Positions 46,703-55,987 of a stretch of DNA of 64,000 nt are shown piece after piece. Source of the stretch: an uncultured Gemmatimonadales bacterium. Its GTDB lineage: Bacteria > Gemmatimonadota > Gemmatimonadetes > Gemmatimonadales > GWC2-71-9. The stretch spans positions 1,746,633 to 1,810,632 of the forward strand of contig CAVZZO010000003.1 of NCBI GenBank assembly GCA_963779755.1. Reading direction: 5' to 3'. Position 1 is the stretch's first letter. Every line of letters begins with the position of its first letter. Under the pieces are notes generated by a model. The model saw nothing but the letters and a program-made list of their open reading frames with translations, searched no databases and was not told the origin of the DNA. The translations under genes were made by a program, and so were the position numbers.

Positions 46703-47308
46703 TTAGTGCCTCGCTGCAATCCTCGCCGTCCTGCTACCCACTGTTGGTCTGCCCGCATCCTTCTCCAATGGTCGGTGTGTTGCCCTCCCGCCCGTTGTCC
46801 CCGCCGCGCCCGCGGTCAGGACATCGAGGTTCCGTGCAGGGAGGAAGAGAGCATCCAGCCGCCGGTAGCTTGCCTCCATGCCATGTTCCATGCCGATCGC
46901 CAGTATGGCGGCCCGGGCGCCGGCATCCGGCAGGGTCATCCGCAGGGTCATCAGGGTCCCGGAAGCATCGGGCTCGAATCGCGTTTCGATGTGATTATCC
47001 GGCGTAGGATCGGGCAGGAACATCCGCTCCACGTGCACGATCTTCCGGTGGGGCTCCAGCTCGAGATACTCCCCCGTGAGGTAGAACTCCTGGCCCTCAT
47101 CGTTCCTCCATTCGTAGCGGATCGTGCCGCCGGGCCGGGCCTCACTGATACAGATCGGCATGGTCCAGCCATCCGGGCCAAGACACCACTGCCGGACGAA
47201 CTCGGGATCGGTGTGGGCCTGGTACACCGCCTGGGGCGAGGCGGCAAAGCGCCTGGTCATCACCATGTGGGTTTCGCCTTCGGTCTTCAGCGTCAGACCG
47301 CCCATCAT
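46703..47308 (-). CDS. AHSA1/SRPBCC-family protein (copy 1, with a ~50-aa C-terminal extension relative to copy 2)
   Basis: Start at MMGGLTLKTEGETHMV. Highly similar to 49089-49556 (RMFLPDPTPDNHIETRFEPD). Confidence 0.75.
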   Translation of the reverse strand: MMGGLTLKTEGETHMVMTRRFAASPQAVYQAHTDPEFVRQWCLGPDGWTMPICISEARPGGTIRYEWRNDEGQEFYLTGEYLELEPHRKIVHVERMFLPDPTPDNHIETRFEPDASGTLMTLRMTLPDAGARAAILAIGMEHGMEASYRRLDALFLPARNLDVLTAGAAGTTGGRATHRPLEKDAGRPTVGSRTARIAARH

Positions 47309-47430
47309 CGGCCTCGCTTTCCTGTGGCTGGCTGTTCCGGGGCCGCGAGAACCCGGTCCAGCCGGTTGTAGTCCTGCTCCAGGGCGTTGCGCAGCAGGGC
47401 CGGCCACTGGCTCATGGTCCAGGGGTCCAC
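47305..47430 (-). pseudogene. 3' remnant of an ArsR-family gene
   Basis: It translates to ...SQWPALLRNALEQDYNRLDRVLAAPEQPATGKRGR*, matching the last ~38 codons of ArsR 49553-49903. The N-terminal HTH part is absent. Confidence 0.7.
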
Positions 47431-47497
47431 TTCCTCCCGATCCGGGCACGTCTGGTCTCCCGGTGCGGGGGATTGTCGACCCTGCTCTCTCCTTTAT

Positions 47498-47524
47498 GTC
47501 GAATCAGGCAACGGGGGATCGACA
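47498..47524 (-). promoter_or_regulatory. candidate ECF-type promoter TGTCGA-N16-TCGAC upstream of the arsR remnant and AHSA1 copy 1
   Basis: Minus-strand TGTCGA (47524-47519), a 16-nt spacer, TCGAC (47502-47498). Confidence 0.5.
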
Positions 47525-47695
47525 TCCAGCCTCGCCCTTCATCGCCCCCCCCTGCTCTCAGCAGATCGCCGCCGTATTGCCGGGTTCACCTCGAGACCGG
47601 GGGCCGGCCGGCACGGAGATGGCAGGTGCGGGACACGGAGCGGCAGACGGCGACGGCGCCCTCCGGAGAGAGCGCCGCGCCGGGACTGCGAAAGC

Positions 47696-48295
47696 TCAGA
47701 ATGGGGCGCGGTAGGAAACCCCTCCGCTCCAGCTCATCTCGACCTGCGTCTTGTCGTAGCCCGCGAGGAAGCCCTTCAGGTCTTTCGCCTGATAGACCCA
47801 GCCCTGCCCTTCCAGGAAGAACCCGAGCCCGGTCCGGGGGAGTGCGTAGTTCACTCCCAGGCCGAAGGTGCCGGTTCCCTTGGTCGTGTTCAGCCCGCTG
47901 GTGCCGACAGGGTGCAGGGTTACCGCCCCGCCGCCGGCGAACACATAGGGCATGAGCCCGATGCGCGTGGGGTACTGCACCTGAATGACCGCATCATAGA
48001 AGAATCGGTTCAACCGGTCTCCCGTCGCCCCGCCGTTGGCCTGCAGCTCGTTCCGCCCGAAGCTGAAGTTGCCGCGCAGGGCCACGTAGCGGTGCAGCTG
48101 AACCGCCACGGCGCCGCCCAGGTTGTAACCCACCTTCTTGAGGTCGGCAGTGCCGGCATCGTTGAGGCTGGTCACCCCGTTGAAACCGCCGGATTTAGCC
48201 ATGAACCACACGGCCCGGTCCTGGGCCGCCCCGGTTCCCGCCAGCACCGCCGAAAGGGCGATGGCGGCGAAGATGCTGCGTGTAAACAACGACAT
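47696..48295 (-). CDS. small outer-membrane beta-barrel protein (OmpA-like barrel / OmpW-like size)
   Basis: Start at MSLFTRSIFAAIALSAVLAGTGAAQ. Alternating beta pattern. C-terminus ...GGVSYRAPF. Confidence 0.65.
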   Translation of the reverse strand: MSLFTRSIFAAIALSAVLAGTGAAQDRAVWFMAKSGGFNGVTSLNDAGTADLKKVGYNLGGAVAVQLHRYVALRGNFSFGRNELQANGGATGDRLNRFFYDAVIQVQYPTRIGLMPYVFAGGGAVTLHPVGTSGLNTTKGTGTFGLGVNYALPRTGLGFFLEGQGWVYQAKDLKGFLAGYDKTQVEMSWSGGVSYRAPF

Positions 48296-48469
48296 ATCCT
48301 TGTCCTTTCCGCGATGGCCCAGGACATGCTTCCGCCCGGCCATGGATCGCATCGTGATACCTTGCGGCCGCCGTATCGCATACGGCCGTGCCGCGCTCGC
48401 AGTTCAAAGACACGCCATCGGGGAGGTTTGTGACAGGGAATCCGGGATCCGCCCCGGATGCACGAAAGG

Positions 48470-48660
48470 CTCTCCCCCGTGCTTCCGGGGAGAGCCCTTT
48501 CGTAGATCCGGGTCGAGTCGATGTCGCAGGCGGCTTGGAGCGCGGCGATCAGGTCGGCGATGAAGCGGATGCCCCGCTCCAGCGCCGCGCCGGCATGAAC
48601 GTGTTCCAGATTCTGGCCACCCCCAGGAACTGCGGCGTGCCAGCCGGGTACACCACGATG
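48470..48660 (-). pseudogene. fragment of a PHB-depolymerase/LpqC-family esterase gene
   Basis: It translates in parts to ...IVVYPAGTPQF... and ...GIRFIADLIAALQAACDIDSTRIY, matching IRFIADLVDTLQAAYKIDSARIY of 59666-60235. The remainder of the gene is absent. Confidence 0.55.
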
Positions 48661-48663
48661 GTC

Positions 48664-49053
48664 CTACTTCAGACGTTCCAGCCGCCCCTTTCGCCGGATC
48701 AGGTTCCGGTAGTCCCATTGAACGTCTCGGGCCTCGGCCAGCCAGCGGCCCAGCTGCCCGGTGTCCACTTCTTCGACCCTGGTGTATCGCGCCTCGGCGG
48801 CCTTGAAGCTCCCTTCCGTTGCCAGCCCTTTCTCCTTGAAGGACTGACCGCTCCAGAAGAGCAGGCGTATGCAGTTCTTGAGTTTGGCGTATCCGACGAT
48901 GGGGTTCCCGTCCAGGAACCAGACCGGATGCGCGTGCCAGATCCGGTTCTCCGCCTCGGGCAGTCCGCGATCGATCTGCTCCGCCAGCAGTTCACAGACG
49001 GCCCGGGCGGTGGGCTCCTGGGCCAGGTTGTATTTCCTGGTGTCCGGATTCAT
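48664..49053 (-). CDS. DUF1801 (YdhG-like) domain protein
   Basis: 129 aa. ...HPVWFLDGNPIVGYAKLKNCIRLLFWSG... is typical of DUF1801. Confidence 0.65.
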   Translation of the reverse strand: MNPDTRKYNLAQEPTARAVCELLAEQIDRGLPEAENRIWHAHPVWFLDGNPIVGYAKLKNCIRLLFWSGQSFKEKGLATEGSFKAAEARYTRVEEVDTGQLGRWLAEARDVQWDYRNLIRRKGRLERLK

Positions 49054-49088
49054 CGCGATGTCCTCGTGCTCGGATAGTCCGGTGCTCG

Positions 49089-49556
49089 TCAGAGCATCTT
49101 CTCCAGCCGCTGGTAACTCGCTTCCATGCCGTGCTCCATGCCGGTCTCCAGCATTGCCTTGCGTGTCCCGGCATCGGGCAGTGTCATCCGCATGGTCATG
49201 AGCGTGCCGCTGCCGTCGGGCTCGAAGCGCGTCTCGATATGGTTATCCGGCGTCGGATCGGGCAGGAACATCCGTTCGATATGGACCAGTCTGCGGTTGG
49301 CCTCCACCTCGAGATATTCCCCGGTGAGATAAAAGCCGTTGCCCTGGCCGTCCGACCACTCGTAGCGGATCTTGCCGCCGGGGCGCACCTCGTTGGTGCA
49401 GACCGGCATGGTCCAGCCTTCGGGGCCGAGCAGCCACTGCTGGAGCAGTTCGGGATCGGTGTGAGCCCGATACACCGCCTCGGGCGGCGCGGCGAAACGC
49501 CTGGTCACGATCACGTGGGTGTCGCCTTCGGTCTTTAGCGTCAGACTGGCCATCAT
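49089..49556 (-). CDS. AHSA1/SRPBCC-family protein (copy 2)
   Basis: Start at MMASLTLKTEGDTHVIV. ATGA overlap with the ArsR stop. Confidence 0.8.
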   Translation of the reverse strand: MMASLTLKTEGDTHVIVTRRFAAPPEAVYRAHTDPELLQQWLLGPEGWTMPVCTNEVRPGGKIRYEWSDGQGNGFYLTGEYLEVEANRRLVHIERMFLPDPTPDNHIETRFEPDGSGTLMTMRMTLPDAGTRKAMLETGMEHGMEASYQRLEKML

Positions 49557-49903
49557 CGGCCTCTCTTTCCCGTTGCAGGCTGTTCCAGGTTCGCGAGGAT
49601 CCGGTCCAGCCGGTTGTAGTTCTGCTCCAGGGCCTTTCTCAGCATTGCCAGCCACTGGTCCATGGCTTCAACCCCGGCCTTGGCCAGACGGCGCGGCCGC
49701 CTGTTGCCTTCCACCCGGCTCACGATCAGCCCCGCGTCTTCCAGCACCTTCAGATGCTGGGAGATGGCGGGCTGGCTCATCTCGAACGGCTGCGCCAGAT
49801 CCTTCACGGTGGCTTCCCCGCGCGCCAGACGGGCCAGGATGGCCCGGCGGGTGGGGTCGGCCAGGGCCGCAAAGGCGGCGTCGAGGTTGGGCGCGGCTTT
49901 CAT
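49553..49903 (-). CDS. ArsR/SmtB-family transcriptional regulator
   Basis: 116 aa. FAALADPTRRAILARL...VKDLAQPFEMSQPAISQHLKVLEDAGLI. Confidence 0.85.
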   Translation of the reverse strand: MKAAPNLDAAFAALADPTRRAILARLARGEATVKDLAQPFEMSQPAISQHLKVLEDAGLIVSRVEGNRRPRRLAKAGVEAMDQWLAMLRKALEQNYNRLDRILANLEQPATGKRGR

Positions 49904-49910
49904 GGTTTAT

Positions 49911-49939
49911 AGCTTATATAAGACGTCTCTTATTGTCAA
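49911..49939 (-). promoter_or_regulatory. sigma-70-like promoter giving a leaderless arsR mRNA
   Basis: Minus strand: TTGACA (49939-49934), 17-nt spacer, TAAGCT (49916-49911), then 7 nt to ATG 49903. The imperfect palindrome GACGTCTCTT/AAGAGCGTC overlaps the spacer. Confidence 0.6.
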
Positions 49940-50034
49940 GAGCGTCTAAAGAGTAGCGACGGATCCCCTTCCGCCATCGCCGCCTGGCGCACCTGCGGCC
50001 GCCTGCGGGCCAGACGCGGAGCCCGGCCCGTCCC

Positions 50035-50822
50035 CTAACCCGGCTTGACCGCCGTCATCATCACCGCCTTCACACCGTACGACTCCGCGGCGTCCTGGGT
50101 CGAGGCCTTGCGGAAGCGGAAGCCTGGTACCACCGCCGAGCGCACCTTCGTCAGGCCGGCCTGCTCCAGGAGCGCAAACATCTCTCCCTCCGGGAGAGCG
50201 CCTCCGATTCAGCTGGCCCAGAGCTTGGGATCATTGACGATGGACTGCGACAGCTGCTTCGCGCTCACGATATCGGTGATGGAGATCCTGCCGCCGGGCT
50301 TCAGCACCCGGGCCATTTCCTGAGTGACCCGCCGCTTCCGGAGCGAGAGGTTGATCACGCCGTTGGAGATGATCACGTCCACCGAGGCATCCGGCAGCGG
50401 GATCTGTTCCATGCTACCCGCTCGGCATTCGAAGCGCTCGTCGCCGGCGCCCACGTGATCCCGGGCCTTGGCGCACATCCCGGGTTCAGGTCCACCCCGA
50501 TCACCTTGCCCCCGGGGCCGACCTGCCAGGACGCGATGAGCGCGTCGAGCCCCGCCCCGCTGCCGAGGTCGAGCACCACTTCACCGGGCTGAAGGGCGGA
50601 GCGGAGGTGCGGATTGCCCACACCGGCAAACGAAGCCACCGCCCCATCGGGCGCACGGTCCAGCCAGGAGCGATCGTACCCGAAGAGTTCGGCCGCCTCC
50701 CGTCCGTGGAAGAAATGAAATTCCCCCTCAGGATGTTCGGCGACCTCCTGATACATGCGGAGGATCTCATCCTTGAGGGTAGCCTCGAGAGATTCCCGGG
50801 TTGGGGTGGTGGTGGACATCAT
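50035..50822 (-). pseudogene. ArsM-like SAM-dependent methyltransferase with one frameshift (~50480) and one in-frame TGA (50209-50211)
   Basis: VVLDLGSGAGLDAL (motif I), KVIGVDLNPG|MCAKARDH, SVDVIISNGVINLS, VLKPGGRISITDIV, then ...NDPKLWAS[TGA]IGGALPEGEMFALLEQAGL... The same frame continues to TAG 50035. Confidence 0.65.
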
Positions 50823-51094
50823 GCCTCCTGCTGAGGGCGTTTTACCTGACGACCTGTTGGAAGGGTCCTGGCGCATAATGAGGCCTGTGCACGCGTCCGT
50901 CCACCCCGGATTTGTTCGAAGCGTCTACTCACCCGGAGGACGCAGGAGGCGCCGAGGTGCGCGGCCGAGCCCGGCTTCAGCCGGGGGGCCCTAGCACTCG
51001 CGCGCTGCAGGGATAAGCTCTACAGATAGCCGATCCGATGTGGTCTCTCAGTCGCCCCGCCAGAGATTCGGCCGCCGCATCGCGGCGACCCCCA

Positions 51095-53413
51095 TCAGGT
51101 CCCGGTCAACCGACTGGCCAATGCGAGAAACCGGGGTTCCTTCCGGAGCGGCGCCAGTCGGGGATCGATCAGCAGGTACGCCAGCACCGTCGAACGCTCC
51201 TCGTACGCCCGTTCCAGCCCGCGCAGCGCCATGTCCCGCTCGCCCAGGCCGGCGTAGACCAGGGCGACAAAGTAGGACGACACGTAGCTCGTGTCGGACT
51301 GCGCCTGCAGATCGGCGAGCATCTGGCGCGCGCGTGCCGGCTGTCCAGCTACCCCGTAGGCATGCGCCAGCGATGACCGCCGATTGGGGCTGTCGCCGCC
51401 GAGCCGCTCGAGGATCGCGATCGCGTCCGCCATCCGGCCCTGCTGTTCCTCCACCAGGGCGAGTCCCCACAGAGCCAGGGTGTTACTCGAGTCTCCCCGC
51501 AGCACCGCGCGCAGCGACCGCTCGGCGTCATCGTACCGGCCGGCGAAGTAGTCGAGAAGCGCGCGATTCGGCGGCAGCGAGGTGTCCAGCGGATCCAGCT
51601 CCTCGGCGCGGCCAACCTCCGCAATAGCCTCGTCCAGCCGGCGGCGAGACGCGAGGAAGCGACCGTACGACATGTAGGCATCGGCGTAGCTGGGCTGCAG
51701 CTCGAGCGCCCGCCGGAACTCGGCCTCGGCGGCGCGCCAGTCCCAATCGAAGTATGCCTGCAGGTATGCGTTGATCGCGTGGGCCTCGGCCAGGCCATCG
51801 TCCAGTTCCAGCGCACGCGCCAGCGCGGCGCGGGCCTGAGGCAACACGGCGGCCGGCGCGACATCGGTCGCGAACGGCAGGGTGACGTAGTAGTTCGCCA
51901 CCCCGACATAGGGCGGCGCCCAGTCCGGCGCCAGGCGGCTGGCTTCCTCGAACAGCGTGTGCGCCCGCTCGAGCTCGCCCTGCCCGAGGGAGAACCGGCC
52001 GCGCAGATAGGCCTCGTAGGCGCGCTGGTCCACCGGTTGGCGGACGGCGAGCCGGCGGCGTTCGCCGCTGGCCAGCCGCGCGCCCAGGGCCCGGCCGACA
52101 TCCGTGGTGATCTGCCGCTGAAGATCCGGAAGCTCGCCCAGACGGCGCCGGTAGTCCCGTGCGAAGATCTGCTTCTCCTCCGGGACGCGCTGCAGCCGCA
52201 CCGTAACCAGCACGCTGTCGCCCGAGCGGCTGACGGATCCCTGCAGCACCGCCTGCACGCCGAGCGCTCCCGCGATCTCGGCGGGGGAACGGGTCATCTG
52301 CTGTACCGTGGCGGCCGACGCGCGGGAGATCACCTTCAGGGTTCCGATCGCCGCGAGGTCGGTCACCAGGCCGTCCGTCACTCCGTCCGCCAGGTACGAG
52401 GAGTCGGGACTGGCACCGGGATCCTGGAAGGGCAGCACCGCGACGGCGGAGATGCCATGAGACGCGCTGAAAAGAGTCCGTCCCCGCGCGACGCCCCACA
52501 ACACCGCCACCGCCAGCGCCACCGCCACCACGGCAGTGGCCCACCGCGGCCAGAGAACCCGGCGGTCGCCGCGGGCGGGCGGCGGACCCGCACCCTCGAG
52601 CGCCTCCAGGAACTGCTGCATTGTCGCAAAGCGCAGGGACGGGTCCTTGGCCATGCCGCGCGCAACGGCCCCGTCCACCACGCGCGGCACCTCGGGCCGC
52701 GTGGCGATCAGGCTCGGCACCGGGTCAACCGAATGCTGGGCGATGAGCGCCAGCGCGGTCTCGCCAGTATACGGCGGCCGCCCGCTCAAGGCCTCATACA
52801 GAGTGCAGGCAAGGCTGTACTGGTCGCAGCGGCCGTCGAGCGCCGTACCGGTCGCCTGCTCCGGACTCATGTATTGCGGCGTGCCGATGGCGAGGCCGGT
52901 CTGGGTGAGCCGGTCAGCACCCGCCGCCTGGACCGCGCGGGCGATGCCGAAGTCGGCGACCAGGGCCTGGTCGCCCACCAGCATCACATTCTCTGGTTTG
53001 ATGTCCCGGTGGATGATGCCACGCTCGTGGGAATACTGGAGCGCCGAGGCCACGTCGCGGCCGATGCCCAGCGCAACCGCGAGCGGCAGCCTGGTCTCGC
53101 GCTGGAGGCGCTGCCGCAGGGATTCGCCCTCGACGAACGCCATCACATAGTACAGCAGCCCGTTCCCCTCGCCCGAGTCGTAGAGCGGCACGATATGGGG
53201 ATGCTGGAGGCCGGCGGCGATGCGGATCTCACGCAGGAAGCGGTCTCCGCCCAGAACGGCCGACAGCTCGGGGCGCAGAACCTTCACCGCCACCCGCCGG
53301 TCGTGTTTCAGGTCCTGGGCGAGGAAAACGACCGCCATGCCTCCCTGGCCGAGCTCACGCTCGACCCGGTACCGGCCGGTAAGGGCCGCAGCCAGCTGCT
53401 GGTGCAGGTCCAT
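51095..53413 (-). CDS. Ser/Thr protein kinase with TM, TolB-N-like domain and TPR repeats
   Basis: 772 aa. GQGGMAVVFLAQD, HRDIKPENVML, DFGIARA, VAVLPFQDPG...LADGVTDGL, TPR-like C-terminus. Confidence 0.85.
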   Translation of the reverse strand: MDLHQQLAAALTGRYRVERELGQGGMAVVFLAQDLKHDRRVAVKVLRPELSAVLGGDRFLREIRIAAGLQHPHIVPLYDSGEGNGLLYYVMAFVEGESLRQRLQRETRLPLAVALGIGRDVASALQYSHERGIIHRDIKPENVMLVGDQALVADFGIARAVQAAGADRLTQTGLAIGTPQYMSPEQATGTALDGRCDQYSLACTLYEALSGRPPYTGETALALIAQHSVDPVPSLIATRPEVPRVVDGAVARGMAKDPSLRFATMQQFLEALEGAGPPPARGDRRVLWPRWATAVVAVALAVAVLWGVARGRTLFSASHGISAVAVLPFQDPGASPDSSYLADGVTDGLVTDLAAIGTLKVISRASAATVQQMTRSPAEIAGALGVQAVLQGSVSRSGDSVLVTVRLQRVPEEKQIFARDYRRRLGELPDLQRQITTDVGRALGARLASGERRRLAVRQPVDQRAYEAYLRGRFSLGQGELERAHTLFEEASRLAPDWAPPYVGVANYYVTLPFATDVAPAAVLPQARAALARALELDDGLAEAHAINAYLQAYFDWDWRAAEAEFRRALELQPSYADAYMSYGRFLASRRRLDEAIAEVGRAEELDPLDTSLPPNRALLDYFAGRYDDAERSLRAVLRGDSSNTLALWGLALVEEQQGRMADAIAILERLGGDSPNRRSSLAHAYGVAGQPARARQMLADLQAQSDTSYVSSYFVALVYAGLGERDMALRGLERAYEERSTVLAYLLIDPRLAPLRKEPRFLALASRLTGT

Positions 53414-53532
53414 GATGACGGGGACGGGTTGGTCCAGCCATGACCTGGAAACGATCCCACGGCTCGGGCCGGGGGAACACGTCCTCTATGGTATGTCCCG
53501 ACCCGGGACTGCGCCACGGGGACGGCCCGAGA

Positions 53533-53646
53533 CTACCCCCTGGGTGCTGGTTGCTGGGCCCGGGCAACCATCGTCATGGAGGAAAGAAGGACGAGCAGGG
53601 CCGCCGTCAGGGCGCGGGGTGGCGAAATATCGCGCACATACCGCAT
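53533..53646 (-). pseudogene. orphan 5' end (signal peptide only) of a paralogue of gene 57877-59547
   Basis: MRYVRDISPPRALTAALLVLLSSMTMVARAQQPAPRG*. Compare MRHVREIPSSAAAGMALLFLLSLVPAGARAQQP. The 5' UTR (CCGGGGAG...) is also similar. Confidence 0.45.
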
Positions 53647-53733
53647 GGCATCTCCCCGGAACGGGTCGGATTGGATCGTGCGGAAAGCTCTACCGCCGAG
53701 CCGTGTCTGATTATACGGGGGAGACCGGCCGCG

Positions 53734-55410
53734 CTACTGCGCCAGCACCTGGTGCACCGCGGCGATTGCCACGGATCCTTCGCCCACGGCGGACGCCACC
53801 CGCTTCACGCTCCCTGCGCGGACATCGCCCACGGCGAAGACGCCGGGACGGCTGGTCTCGAGCAGGTGTGGCGGGCGCGCCAGCGGCCACCCCGCGACCG
53901 CGAGATCTTCCGGCTTCAGGTCCGCTCCCGTCTTGAGGAACCCCTTCTCGTCCAGCGCCAGGCATTGCCCCAGCCAGCCCGTGCCCGGCACCGCGCCGGT
54001 CATGGAGAACACATGCCGGACGGGTTGCGTTTCGACCTGCCCCGTCGCTTTGTCCCGCCAGGCGAGGCTCTCGAGATGATGGTCGCCGTGGAGGGTCACG
54101 ACCTCGGTGTGCGGGTGCCGCTCGATCCGGGGATGATCCTCGATACGGCGGACCAGATAGCGGGACATCGTCTCGCTCAGACCGGCAGAACGGATAACCA
54201 TGTGCACCCGCCGGGCGGTCTCCGCGAGAAACACGGCCGCCTGCCCGGCGGAGTTGCCGCCGCCAATCACCACAACCTCCTCGCCGGAACAGAGCTGGGC
54301 TTCCATGGGGGTAGCCGCGTAGTAGACGCCGGTGCCTTCGAACCGCTGGAGCCCCTCCAGGGGAAGACGACGGTACTGGGCCCCGCTGGCAATGACGACC
54401 GACCGGGTGGAGATGGAGCGCCCGTCCCCGATCTCCGGCGTATAGGGCTGCCGCGAACAGTCCAGCCGGGAGGCACTGGAGGCGATCATGAACTGGGCAC
54501 CGAATCGAAGCGCCTGGTTGTGTGCGCGCGCCGCAAGCTCCTGACCGGAGATCCCGGTGGGAAAGCCCAGGTAGTTTTCGATGCGTGAGCTGGTGCCCGC
54601 CTGCCCGCCCGCCGCGGTCGCCTCCAGCACCAGCACGTCGAGTCCTTCGGACGCGGAATACACCGCGGCCGCGAGACCAGCCGGCCCGGCCCCCACGACG
54701 ATCACATCCCAGGTTCGTGAGGGCTCGATCACGTCGTTCAGGCCCAGGCAGTCGGCGATCTGCCCATTGCCGGGGTTCCGCAGGACGGTGATACCGTAGC
54801 AGATGATCACGGGGATATCCTCGGCGCCGACCTGGAAGCGGTCGAGCATTTCCTGCACCCCGGCATCCCGGTCGAGGTCGAGCATGGTGTAGGGATAGCC
54901 GTTCCGCGTGAGGAACTCCCGCACGCGCAGCGTGCCCTGGCAGTGTGTCGAGCCCAGCAGCACCAGGTCGCCCGCCCGGTTGGCGACCGCCCGGGCGCGC
55001 CGTAGCACGAAGGCGCGCATCAGCAGCTCGCTCAGCTCCCCGTCCATCTGAATCAGCCGCAGCAGCTCGGCGCGGCTGACTTCGATGACCTCGCCCGGCT
55101 GGGCCACCCGGAGGTCCACCAGGGCGCGCCCGCCGGTGAGCATCGTGGCCTCGCCGGTGAACATCCCGGGGCCGACCTCCAGCACCAGCGCGGGCGTCCC
55201 CGGCGACCCGAAGGTCGCCCCGATACGTCCGCTCACCACGACATGGAAAAATGCCGGACGGTCTCCTGCCTGCTGCAGAACCTCACCCCGCTGTACCGGC
55301 CGCCGGTTTCCCAGCTCGGCGATGCGCTGGATCTGCGCGGCGGTCAGCACCGGGAAGGCGGGATCAACCGGCGCCGGGAGCGCATTCAGATCGGGGGGTT
55401 CGGCGGGCAC
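53734..55410 (-). CDS. cyclic-nucleotide-binding domain fused to a thioredoxin-reductase-like FAD/NAD(P) oxidoreductase
   Basis: 558 aa. N-terminal cNMP-binding-like beta-barrel (FFHVVVSGRI...FTGEATMLTG). Then DVIVVGAGPAGLAAAVY, VVVIGGGNSAGQAA, GVFAVGDVR. Confidence 0.8.
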   Translation of the reverse strand: MPAEPPDLNALPAPVDPAFPVLTAAQIQRIAELGNRRPVQRGEVLQQAGDRPAFFHVVVSGRIGATFGSPGTPALVLEVGPGMFTGEATMLTGGRALVDLRVAQPGEVIEVSRAELLRLIQMDGELSELLMRAFVLRRARAVANRAGDLVLLGSTHCQGTLRVREFLTRNGYPYTMLDLDRDAGVQEMLDRFQVGAEDIPVIICYGITVLRNPGNGQIADCLGLNDVIEPSRTWDVIVVGAGPAGLAAAVYSASEGLDVLVLEATAAGGQAGTSSRIENYLGFPTGISGQELAARAHNQALRFGAQFMIASSASRLDCSRQPYTPEIGDGRSISTRSVVIASGAQYRRLPLEGLQRFEGTGVYYAATPMEAQLCSGEEVVVIGGGNSAGQAAVFLAETARRVHMVIRSAGLSETMSRYLVRRIEDHPRIERHPHTEVVTLHGDHHLESLAWRDKATGQVETQPVRHVFSMTGAVPGTGWLGQCLALDEKGFLKTGADLKPEDLAVAGWPLARPPHLLETSRPGVFAVGDVRAGSVKRVASAVGEGSVAIAAVHQVLAQ

Positions 55411-55469
55411 CTTGTCTTCTCCTTATGGAGTTCTACCGCCAGTGCACCACGGCCCGGGCATCCGGTTCC

Positions 55470-55838
55470 TCAGGCGCCCGCCTGCGCGCAGGTGCGCGCC
55501 CACGGAACGATCTCCAGCCGCTCCAGGGGAATCGGCCGGCCGGTATCCTCGCAGATGCCGAAGCGTTCGGGGTGCCGGTACAGCCGGTCCAGCGCCGCAT
55601 CGATCTCGTCCAGCTCGCGCGACATGCGGTCGGCATTGGCCGTTTCCACCTCGTCCTCGAACGTGTCGGTCCCCCGGTCGGCCATGTGAGACGGGAAGGC
55701 GGACAGGTCGCCCGCGCGTTCCTGCTCATCCGCTCCCGATTGGTCGGCGACGGCGAGGCCCAGGTCGCGCCGCAGGCGATCGCGTTCCTCCTGAAGCCGG
55801 TGCTCGAAATGGCGGCGTTGTGCTTCGCTGAGCGGCAT
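55470..55838 (-). CDS. TraR/DksA-family protein with a two-Cys (CxxT-x17-CxxA) finger
   Basis: Start at ATG 55838. ...ADRGTDTFEDEVE...LDEIDAALDRL...GICEDTGRPIPLERLEIVPWARTCAQA. Confidence 0.65.
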   Translation of the reverse strand: MPLSEAQRRHFEHRLQEERDRLRRDLGLAVADQSGADEQERAGDLSAFPSHMADRGTDTFEDEVETANADRMSRELDEIDAALDRLYRHPERFGICEDTGRPIPLERLEIVPWARTCAQAGA

Positions 55839-55987
55839 GAGTCCCCCTCGCGGTGGGTGGCGATACTGGAACAATACCCGGCCCGCCGGCCACCAGGAAC
55901 AGCGGCCCGCCTTGCCCCACCAAGGATTGACCCTGGCCGAGGCGTCATCCCAGATTCGCGGGGACATCACCCCGGATCTCCGGTCCC

